From the NCBI RefSeq assembly GCF_006345805.1, contig NC_042998.1:163680001-163744000 (forward strand): DNA of 64,000 nucleotides, read 5' to 3'. The position numbers and the translations under genes were made by a program. This document shows positions 53,046 through 64,000 of this stretch, one piece after another. Below the pieces are notes generated by a model. That model was not told where the DNA came from. It saw only the letters and a program-made list of their open reading frames with translations, and made no database searches. Position 1 is the stretch's first letter, and the number at the start of each line of letters is the position of its first letter. Source of the stretch: Octopus sinensis. Lineage: Eukaryota.

Positions 53046-53429
53046 CTGATTGAAAACATTACTTCTTTACAAACACATTAAGACATACTTTCACTACTGA
53101 CACACTGCATAGATTGCAAACTTGTGCCTGTGTCTATATCCAAAGCTTTTTACACTCTTAAAAGGGCTGGTGGAAAGGGAGAGAGAAAGAGAGAGATTTT
53201 ATACAAAATAGGAGACATTTACTATGGTAACTTATGGCTTCTCAGGCTCATGTAATAGAAAATAGAAAAGTTTTCCTGTTTACTGCTTCTTCTTGTTGCC
53301 GTTACTGTTGTTGAAAGGGCCAAGAAAACAAACTTCTGGACTTTTTCCTAATCAAGTCGTTCTTCATCTTCCATTACAGACATTGCATTACTTAATACTT
53401 CATACCTACTTCAGAAGTAATTACCTGAA

Positions 53430-53652
53430 ACGTTATTATTATTATTATTATCGTTATTATTATTATCATTATTATTATTATTATTATCATTATTATTATT
53501 ATTATTATCGTTATTATTATTATTATCATTATTATTATTATTATCATTATTATTATTATTATGCACTTTCAACATTGTTATTATGTGTTTCGTGTCAGCT
53601 TCTATTGCTCTGCCAGGTGCATGTTCATGTTCTGATTTTGTTGTTGTTGTTG

Positions 53653-53725
<73 letters not shown>
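53430..53725. repeat. (ATT)n/(GTT)n trinucleotide tracts; others at 24930-25106, 29860-29940, 30450-30575 and 48215-48300
   Basis: Direct inspection. Confidence 0.95.
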
Positions 53726-55485
53726 TTTCATATATTCTTATTATTATTATAGCTACTGTTGTGGTTGGGGAAAATGAATTCAGTAGTGTTGGACATTATG
53801 CTTTGCAGTATGTAATTTTTTTGTACCTCCATATCTGAGTTCAAATTCCAATCAGACTGCTTTTGCTTTTCATTGACAAAATAAGTATTAGTTATACACT
53901 GGGTGTCATAACCGAATATACCCCTCAGCAGTCACCCAGAATAAGAATTGCAGCACAGTGTCTTCAGAAGTAGAATCATTGACTCAATGCAGTATTAGAT
54001 AAAATGATTTATGGTATTTGGTTGTGTTCCTATACTACCTGACTTGACATTCTACTGACACTCATTTTACATTTCATCCTTCTAGGATTGATAAAATACA
54101 TACCAGTCAAGTTCTGGGTGTAAGTGAGTCTACTGTTCCCCACCACCACCACCATCTGTGTGGTTTTATAATTATGTTTACATTCCGAGTTCAAACTCCA
54201 CCAAGGTCAGCTTTGTCTTTTATTCTTATGGTGTCGATAAAATTAGTACCAGTTTAGCACTGGAGCCAATGTAACCAACTAGTTCCCTTTGTAAGGTGGC
54301 TAGCATTAGGAAGGGCAACCAGCCATAGAAATCTCACTAAAACAGACAACTGGAGCCTAGTGCAGCTCCCCAGCATGCCAGCTCCTGCCAGACCATCCAA
54401 CCCATGCCAGCATGGAAAATGGGCATTAAATGATGATGAAGACGATGACGAGGACAGAAAAGGTACCTTAGTACTGGGTCAAGTGTAATATGAATATCCC
54501 ATTTACTTATTTCACCCATTTGCCTGTGGCCATGCTGGGGCTGTGCCTTGAATGGTTTTTTTTTTTTAGCTGAACAAATCAAGCCAGTACTTACTTTTTA
54601 AACCTGGTACTTATTCTACTAGTCTCTATAAAATAAATACCTGACTTAAAAAATAAATACTGGGGTCATTTTATCGACAAACTCTCCAAGGTAGTGCCCC
54701 AGCATGGCCACAGTTCAATGACTGAAACAGGTAAAAAATAAAAGACATTGGCCCTATCTTCTTCCACAAAATGAATACTATCTTTTTTCTGGTAACCATT
54801 GTCAAGCAACTAAGGAGCTTGTTTTTTGTTTTTTTTTATCTAAGCTGGCTCTGAATAGAGTTCTGCATGTCTTAACTCAAAAGCTCGTCCACTGTGGTCA
54901 ATAGCCAAACATATTAAAACTCGCTGACATTGTGCTTTGTTGAAAATATTTATTGGTTACAAATGCACAAATATATAACAGTTCCGAAACTTCAATATTT
55001 TGCTGTCCCTTAAAGGGTCTTATCTTAGAAAAACAAGGAAACTATTATGTAGCCTTAACTTGCTCTTGATTCCCTACCAAAGGTGAAAGTTATCTCCATA
55101 ATTTTACTACTCTTGTATGGTTCCTAACCTTTGGTCCTAGCTTCCTCATAAAATTTGCTGCTTCATTCTTTTGATCAGTTGCTTTAGCTTACTCTCTGGG
55201 AACTTAGGGCATCATTTCAACTTGACAGTTCTCTGTCTCTCTCCCTCTCTCTCTCAGGAAAGAAAGAGCAAATTGGAATTTATCTTTTGCAATGCATAAG
55301 GTTGTGAAGGTGCATGGGTTAGTGGTTTGGATGCTGCACTCGTAATCCTAAGATTGTGGTTTCAATTCAAGACTGGGTGGTACACTTTATTTCACATTGC
55401 TCCAGTTCACCCAGCTGAAAATGCGACTGATTGCCGCTAAGTATTTTGTCCAGAATGCTAACAATTCTACCACTGTAACCTATTA

Positions 55486-56023
55486 CTCTTTTACTTGCTT
55501 CAGTCATTTGACTGTAGCCATAATGGAGCACCACCTTTAGTCGAGCAAATCGATCCCAGAACTTATTCTTTGGAAGCCTAGTACTTATTCTATCAGTCTC
55601 TTTTGCCGAACTGCTAAGTTACGGGGATGTAAACACACCACCATCGGTTGTCAAGCCATAATGGAGCACCACCTTTAGTCGAGCAAATCGATCCCAGAAC
55701 TTATTCTTTGGAAGCCTAGTACTTATTCTATCAGTCTCTTTTGCCGAACTGCTAAGTTACGGGGATGTAAACACACCACCATCGGTTGTCAAGCGATGTT
55801 GGGGGCGGGGGGGGAGACAAACACAGATACACAAATATATTCACACATATACATATATACGACGGGCTTCTTTCAGTTTCTGTCTACCAAATCCACTCAC
55901 AAGTCTTTGGTTGGCCCAAGGCTATAGTAGAAGACACTTGCCCAAGGTGCCACGCAGTGGAAATGAACCCAGAACCATGTGGTTGGTAAGCAAGCTACTT
56001 ACCACACAGCCACTCCTGCGCCT
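55486..56023 (-). mobile_element. Major SINE with an exact internal 138-bp tandem duplication
   Basis: 55516-55653 is repeated at 55654-55791, with AGC microhomology at the junction. Confidence 0.92.
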
Positions 56024-57601
56024 GTAGAAATAATGGAATGCTTCACGAATTTGCTTGTCATTCATGAAGGTTCTGCATTTTCACAGCCAAAACTTCAAGG
56101 CACTCATGTTCAGTAACAAATGAATATTGTAAAATCTTAATAATTCCAATTTGAACATTTCATCATAAAAACTTCATTTTCATTGTCTATTTTAAAGGCT
56201 TAAGCAAGGCTGTCATCCCATTTCAGTAAACCAAAAGACAACTTATATTCACAGTGATGTCTGCTTCCTGTTTCCATGTACTCACTTTCTTTCCATCTAT
56301 CATTTACTTTATCCCTTCCATCCGTCTATCAATTTTTGTTGTCTATCATTCTTGGAAGGGTCGTTACACCTTCCTGCTATAATTACAACAGTCATTACAC
56401 TTTCCTGTTGGATTCTTAAGCATGACCAACTGATATCATTGATACTATCCTACCATTTCTCTCTCTCTCTCTCTTGGTCTACACTTAGGTTTCCTGTTGG
56501 TTGGCTTGTGTTGAAGAATCTGTCTTGCAATCTTTTCCTGCAACATTCTAATACCATGCCTCTAGTACCTCTCAATGCAAAGAAGTTGCTGCTCAGTCTA
56601 AAGAGACTCCTTGGTCTCCAGGCTATGCATCCTGTTGAGTCACATTACTCCAGGGATCCTTTAGAGAAATTCCATTTGGTTCCTCATATTTGCTATAAAA
56701 ATCACCCATGAATTTTCATGATTTAACAAAATTACAGAATAAGCACCCAACTCTTTTTTTTTTTCAAAAAAGAAACAGCTCTTTGGATTTCTGTTTTAAA
56801 CATCCACTATTCCCAATCTGTGGTGTTTTAGTGTTTATTTTTTGTTATTGTTGTTCATGCTTCTGTTGTTTTCACTTAATGTGGGAGTGTGTGATTATAT
56901 GAGATCATTTGGTCATTGTTCATTAACGCTGTTTATGATAGGCGGGTGTGATTCTGAGGTGATTTTGACTGCAATTTCTAATGGATGGAGTGTCTACATC
57001 GATGAACAATCATTATCTTTTACTTATTTCAGTCATTGGACTGTAGCCATGTTGAGTTTAGTTGAGCAAATCAACCTAGTACTTACCTTTTAAGTCTTGT
57101 ACTTATTTTATCAGTCCCTTATGCCAGACTGTTAAGTTACAGGAACGTAAACAAACCAACATTGGTTGCCAAGCAGTGGTGAGGACATACAAATATGAAC
57201 ATGAAGATTATGCACATATACATACACACATGTGAATGCATATATGTGTATATATATTTATATTTATTTGTATGTATATATATATATGTATGTGTGTGTG
57301 TGTGTATATATATATATATCATCATCATCATCATCATCATCATCGTTTAATGTCCGCTTTCCATGCTAGCATGGGTTGGACGGTTCAACTGGAGTCTGGG
57401 AAGCCCGAAGGCTGCACCAGGCCAGTCAGATCTGGCGGTGTTTCTACAGCTGGATGCCCTTCCTAACACCAACCACTCCGTGAGTGTAGTGGGTGCTTTT
57501 TATGTGCCACCGACACAGGTGCCAGACGAGGCTGGCGAACGGCCACGCTCGGATGGTGTTTTTTACGTGCCACCGGCATGGAGGCCAGGCGAGGCTGGCA
57601 C

Positions 57602-57664
<63 letters not shown>

Positions 57665-59891
57665 TATGTAGTGGAATATATAGTCAGTACAAGGTGTTGA
57701 TGTGGCTACATGTATGTTATTACAAGAGTTCAAAAAGAGATAAAAGAATAAATTCAATATTTATATATTTACAACATAAAAATATCTTTTATTTACTGGT
57801 CGATGATGATACATGGAATCAAATTGTAGAATTTAGTTGAATGAAGTAATCTATGCCAGAAAGTTCAGAGATAGAAAATGTAGGAATAACAGCTAGGTGG
57901 TGGTTTTCAATCATGTGGCATAGAGAAATAGGCAAACATAGCAATGGTGTGAATGGCTCTAAGTTTAATCGACTAAGAAGTAAAGTACTGGGTTAGCAAA
58001 CTGTTTTTATTAATGGAATGCTAGACATTCTAGAAACTTCCAAGAGAAATGCTAAGCTTCTTGAATAATTAAGAATCATGTCTCATGACACAGATCCTTC
58101 AAGGAACTTGGAAAAGGGAGGTTACTCTATGATCTTTCTTGCAAGGGAGATCATTCAACTATTTAGCTCCCTACACCTCTACATATATATATGTATGTGT
58201 GTATATATGTGTGTCTGTGTGTGTGTGTGTGATGGATTCACATGTCGGTTTTGAAGTCTGAGGATCTGACAACCTACACTACCTTTATCACTCGTAATAC
58301 TTATGTTAAATGTGACATTTGAGTCCTGCCAATGATTTGCAAAGAAGCCCACAGCTGTTGCAAGTATGAGGAATTTGAATCAGGGCAAGTGGTATAATTG
58401 TAGTCACTTTTCTCCTTTGCCTTTTACCTCTTAGCCTGTTAATGCTGGTTGAAACAAAATCTTTCATAACATGTTAACTCAACAATCTCCATTTTGTTCA
58501 CTCCAAGGCTGTTTGCTCAAAGGTATGTGTGTGTGTATATATATCATCATCATCATCATCATCATCATACGTCTGTCTTCTATGCATGCATGGGTAGGTC
58601 AGTTGACTGGAGCCACCCAGGTAGAAAACTACCCCAGGCTACTGTGTCTGTTTTGGCATGGTCTTACAGCTGGATGCCCTTCCTAACACCAACCACTCTG
58701 CATGTGTGTGTGTGTGTGTATGAGTGACAGGTTTCCACACAGTTTCAATCTACTAATTTCACTCACAAGGCACTTGTTTGGCCCTGGACCACAGTAGAAA
58801 ACAGCACAGTTAGATTGAACCCAAAACTACATGGTTCAAAGCAATCGTTTTAACTACATAGCCAAAATAATCAAAACTATTCAATTTCTGAACATCATCA
58901 ACACAATAATAATAATAATAATAATAATCTATCAATGAGCACATTTTCAACTATTTTTTACCACTGTCATTTGCTACTAATCAATGTAATCTGATGTAAG
59001 TGCTAATCTAAGGGCACAAAATTATTCAGCAACACAAGGCAGTGATTCTACTACCTGTAACATTTTCTCACCCACCCAAATCTTTTTAGATTTCTCTTTT
59101 AAGCAATTTCTGTTTTAAACTCTTTCTGCTGTTGTTGAATTGTTTTTGTGTGTTCTTAGTTTTGCTTTTGTTTTTTTTGTTTTGCTCATGGATTTGTACT
59201 TTCTAATGTAAATGACGGTGATTGATGACGCATTATTAATATTATTGATATCATTCATTAATTGAATAATTTCAATTATTTTACCTCACTCTGGAGCCTT
59301 GATGCAGTTATATCTCCTTATGATCATGGCCTCCTATTTTAAACAGCATTAATGAACAATGTCTAAACAATCTGATGCAATCACACGCTCCCCATATTAA
59401 ATAGTAATACAAACATGACAAAAAAAAATGTAACACAAACAACAATGTGAAGGAAATTAACAGAAGAGTTTCAGAGTTAGCACCCCCATCAATAACTATT
59501 TGGCAGAGTTCTGGAATTGCTGTCCTTTGTGATACAATTTTAAAATTATTTTTTCACTTTTCCTCCTTTATTTTTTTATTCTATTATTATTTCTTGTGTT
59601 TCAAACAACTAAAGATGACCAACCTGGATGCAAAAAAAATAAAGACAAAAGTAATTTTTCAAAACTTCTATATTTTTTTGTTCTCCACCACTCCATTCCT
59701 TGCCAACCTGAATTTCAGTTTAGTTATACCTCTTCCATTTTTTTGATAAAAGAGTGGTATTTTCCATAATCTGTTTTTTTTTTTTGCGTTTTTTTTTTTC
59801 GAGAATTCCTCTGTTTCAAACAACTGGAATTACTATTCAGTTAAAAAGAACCTGTTTTACCAAAATTCCATTTTTGACATTTCTACCTTAC

Positions 59892-59930
59892 CTGGCACCC
59901 CAACAAATCCATCTGACTGATGGAAATCAT
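59892..59930 (-). CDS. Gene 2 exon (39 nt, phase 1 to 1): (D)DFHQSDGFVGVP
   Basis: Minus-strand acceptor gtaattattgcag, consensus donor CAG|gtaagg; lies in a TE-poor stretch. Confidence 0.62.
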
Positions 59931-60325
59931 CTGCAATAATTACCATACATTTTAGGCATTTTCAAACACTCGTTAATATATATATATATATATATATATG
60001 AACAAAGAAAAAGCTAAAGCTTTAATTTTTTCATATATTTATCTGAATGGATTTTTCAGTTTGAAACACAGGAAAAAGCCAAGGCTTGCATGTGGTTGCT
60101 TGCCCTGGTAATATGTGTAACAACCAAACTTTATTGTATATTTTTCTTTTCAAAAATCCATTTTTAATTTCTTTTTTTTCTCATATATTTATCAGAATGG
60201 ATTTTTCAGTTTGAAACACAGAAATACTTTAAAAAAAAGGAAAGAAAAACAGCAAAAAACATTAAACCCATAGTTACCATATTTACCCCAGTTTACCTAT
60301 AGACCTGTATTATTATCAAAATGTG

Positions 60326-60648
60326 AAGGTATGTAGCTTTGTGGTTAGGGTATTCGGCTTATGATTGTAAGGTTGTGAGTTCAATTCTTAGTGACACATT
60401 GTGTCCTTGAGCAAGACACTTTATTTCACATTGCTCCAGTCCACACAACAAGCAAAAATGAGTAGTACCTGTATTTCAAAGGGCCAGCCTTGTCACACTC
60501 TGTGTCACAATGAATCTCCCTCAGAATTACATTAAGGGTACATATGTCTGTGGAGTGCTCAACCACATGCACATTAATTTGATGAGCAGGCTGTTCTGTT
60601 GATTGGATCCACTTGAACCCTCAACACTGTAACTGATGGAGTGCCACA
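60326..60648 (+). mobile_element. Second tRNA-headed SINE family
   Basis: Head plus ttgagcaagacactttatttcac..ctccagtccac..aatgagt body; related copies at 20933-21255(+), 16590-16840(-), 3060-3362(+), 4222-4520(-) and 1191-1445(+). Confidence 0.8.
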
Positions 60649-61529
60649 AGTACTATCAAAGGTCAACAAAATGCCTACTATCTAATAGATATCACACTAC
60701 CAGTTAATCAAAATATCTCAGTCAATTTGAAAAGTTAGCTAAATACAAGGACCCACAGACAGAAATCAGCAGAGTGTGGAAACTGAAAACATTTACTCTA
60801 GGCATGGTTAAAAAAGGTTTTTTCAATTTTCATTTATAAAATACCTGAAAAATCAAATATCCAAAAGATTCCACTAACCTCTTGAGAAAATTCCTATAAT
60901 TATAACATAGTTACTAGCCTTAGGTTTCAGGTAGAGGCCTGGCTACTTACTAAAATGCCCTAAAATCAAGCTAAAAGATGATGATGACAATTTTGGGGCT
61001 GGGGGTAAGTCAATTACATCAACCCCAATACTCAACTGGTGCTTTTTTTTTTATCACCCCAGAAAAGATGAAAGGCTAAGTCGAACTTGGCAGAATTTGG
61101 ACTCAGAACATAAGAAAGAATAAAATGCAGCTAAGCATTTTGCCTGGCATACTGTGCTGGCTCACTGCTTTGTTGTTTATGTAGTAGTAGTAGTCCTTTC
61201 TACTATAGGCACAAGGCCTGAAATTTTTTGGTGGTAGGGATTAGTTGATTACGTCGACCACAGTGCATAACTGGTACTTGTTTAATCAACCCTGAAAGGA
61301 TGGAAGCAAAGTTGACCGCGAACGAATTTAGTTTCATAATGTAGCGACAGACGAAATACCACTAAGCATTTTGTCCAGTGTTTAAAAAGTTACTTATGAC
61401 AACTGTATTAATGTTACCATCCCACTGCCACTCTATATTTGTTGCTTATACAATGCTATTCTCCCCTTCCCTGTATCAGCCACTCTCACTATGCTACCGC
61501 ATTTCCCTCATACTAACACTCTGGCACCC

Positions 61530-61708
61530 TTCTCATTTTATCAAAATCGCCCCATTATAGATTTTCATTGAAATCCAGTTAACCTATTATTGAACTGGAT
61601 GTTAGTTTAACATGTATGCAAAGTTTCATCAAGATCAGTTCACTGCTGTAGGCAGCAAGATGGTTACAGACAGATCGACAGACAGAAACTGCCATTTATG
61701 TATAAGAT
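61530..61708 (+). mobile_element. 3' part of a second Helentron-like element
   Basis: aagtttcatcaagatc...acagacagatcgacagacag...atttatgtataagat end motif; 5' end not defined. Confidence 0.5.
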
Positions 61709-62747
61709 TTAGAGTACTGGATTAGCAGAATTGATTAAACTCCTTACATGGAATTTTGTTGCAATCAAATTCCATTTAATATTACGTTCTGAGTTTATAT
61801 CCTGGCAAGGTTGAATTTGTACTTCATCTGTCTAAGTTCACTGAAATAAGTGCAAGAGTCAGTCTAATCAATGATAGTCCCTTCCAAAGTATATGCCTTT
61901 GTGTCTATGATAGAATATAGGAGTCATTATAATATTATCTGTGCTGACTTATGAATGTACACCATGTGCATATATATATATCTATATATATATATATATA
62001 TATACTCTCTCCCTTGTTCTTCATCCTTTCTGGTTTTCTCTCCCACCCTTCCCTATTCTTCTCCTCTCCTCTTCACTGTTCCCTCTCTCTCACTCTTCCT
62101 CCTTGACTCTCATCGCTGACATGTGACGAAAGGGAATCTATCTTTCTGCCCATTTCCTTCCTAAAGACAACACGTGCTTACACCTGTCTCCTCTCATAAG
62201 CTCGTCCTCCTATCGTCCATAATAATTTTTCTATCGTCTTGGCTTAACAGCCCTCACTGTTTGTTTTTACTGTCTTGTTCTCACTGTCCTGTTCTTGTTA
62301 CCACTTTCACCCTCTGCAAAAAATCCCAAATTTTATTTAATTTGCTTTGCAGGAAGGATTGTTTCAATGAAGTCACATATTGTCCTTGCCTTCGAAACAC
62401 TGAGTAGATGAAACATAGACAACTGATGAAGGGGAATATTCTTTATGTTGCATGTCGCGTTTCTCTGGGGTTTTTTTTGTTTGAAAAAAAGTTTGTTTTC
62501 TATGTTTTTGTTTTTATGTTTCTGTTTCTCATTGTGTTCAATGTTGTTTTGATGTCCTGTAGCCATATATGCATGTATATATACATGTATATGTAGGTAT
62601 GTACATATATGTATGTATATATGCATATATTTATATATTTTTTTATATTGTTATATGACCGAATGCCATTCATCCTTTTCCAAGTAAGTTATATATATAT
62701 ACACATGCATACACACACACATACACAGGTACAGAGAGAGTTACACA

Positions 62748-62790
<43 letters not shown>

Positions 62791-62795
<5 letters not shown>

Positions 62796-62906
62796 AACAC
62801 ACACATACATACATAGACACATATACAGATATGTATATACATTATATGTGTGTGTGTCATGTTTAATAAAAATTCTCATATCTTCCATCTTCTGTCTTTC
62901 ATTTAC

Positions 62907-62937
<31 letters not shown>

Positions 62938-63061
62938 TATATATATATACACAAACACACACATACATACATAGACACATATACAGATATGTATATACAT
63001 TATATGTGTGTGTGTCATGTTTAATAAAAATTCTCATATCTTCCATCTTCTGTCTTTCATT

Positions 63062-63092
<31 letters not shown>
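62791..63092. repeat. Exact tandem duplication, period about 158 bp, bounded by (TA)n
   Basis: The unit acaaacacacacatacatacatagac...ctttcatttactata occurs twice. Confidence 0.92.
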
Positions 63093-63097
<5 letters not shown>

Positions 63098-63271
63098 CTT
63101 TTATTTGTTTCAGTAATTTGGCCACGGCAATGCTGAAGCACCACCTTTTTAGTCGAACAAATCAACCCAAAGACTTATTCTATCGGTGTCTTTTTCCAAA
63201 CCGCTATGTTATGGGGACATAAACACAGCATCGGTTGTCAAGTGATGATGGTGGAGACAAACACAGACACA

Positions 63272-63308
<37 letters not shown>

Positions 63309-63907
63309 GACAGGCTTCTTTCAGTTTCTGTTTGCCAAATCCATTCACATGGTTTTGGTTGGCCTCCGGCTATAGTAGAAGACACTTGCCCAAGGTACCA
63401 CATAGTGGGACAGAACCCAGAACCATGTGGTTGGTAAGCAAGCTACCTGCCACACAGCCACTCCTGTGCCTATATTGAGAAAAAGAAGACAGTCTGAATT
63501 TTGGGTAATTTTTTATTAGTGATTTTGTTCATTTATCAAACTCGTCAAGACAAAATTAAAACAAGTGAAGAATTATCCAAAATTCTGATTGCCTCCTTTT
63601 TCAATATCTATGCACCACTTCAAATACTCTATACATGTATGTGTATGTATGTATGTTTGTATGTATTTATGTATACAAACACATACAGGTATATATATAA
63701 TTTGTTTTCATTACACTGTCTCAAGACTGTGTATGTGTGCATTCATGAGTGCCGTAGTGTGTGCATATGTGTATCTGTTAAAGAACTCTGATCTGTAAAG
63801 CATTAGTTTTGTATTTATGCGAATGTATGTGTGTATGTGTATGTGAGTGCATGTGTATGTGTCTGTGTTTCTGTGTGTGTGTGTGTGTCTGTGTGTGCTT
63901 GTTTTAC

Positions 63908-63945
63908 CATTCCTTGACAGTGTTGTAGAAATCGTTTTTGGCCCT
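63908..63945 (-). CDS. Gene 2 candidate exon (38 nt); preferred frame GPKTISTTLSRN (phase 2 to 1)
   Basis: Minus-strand acceptor cattgctttccattcttgatag, donor ATG|gtaaaa; all three frames are open, so the frame was chosen by phase continuity. Confidence 0.5.
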
Positions 63946-64000
63946 CTATCAAGAATGGAAAGCAATGTTTCTTATTTTTTTTTTTGTTTTTATTTTCATT

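Noticed and set aside
52810-53050. Minus-strand frame ...SVTTTG*QMQEERTRIYSAKR... as a selenoprotein (in-frame TGA)
   Set aside because: No SECIS recognised and no good acceptor in that frame; open antisense or alternate frames are common over real exons.

Overview
AT-rich, microsatellite-saturated animal genomic DNA. The repeat content (tRNA-headed SINEs with internal TA/TG tracts, RTE, Penelope-like and R4/Dong-like relics) points to an octopus; this is inferred from repeat content, not from a database search. Almost all ORF-track entries are microsatellite artefacts. By eye I assemble two convergent, partial multi-exon genes. The + strand gene has nine small exons over about 38 kb (2684-40658), including a 9-nt microexon, and encodes about 200 C-terminal residues with a PH-like end followed by a divergent C2-like domain. 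The - strand gene has three exons (63945 down to 52819) and ends in a tail with an EQQPLL dileucine motif. Notable non-coding features: (1) a 5'-truncated Penelope-like element (RT end plus GIY-YIG, one frameshift) followed downstream by a complete type I hammerhead ribozyme fold at 9488-9538; (2) several more hammerhead-like folds in Penelope-type terminal repeats, two sharing an atypical CCGANGA core, one within a ~364-bp near-perfect palindrome; (3) a 2.6-kb composite satellite (32-bp units alternating with A/T-tract blocks) with higher-order structure and an internal inversion, sitting inside a SINE; (4) several exact local duplications. No rRNA, CRISPR or prokaryotic features were seen.
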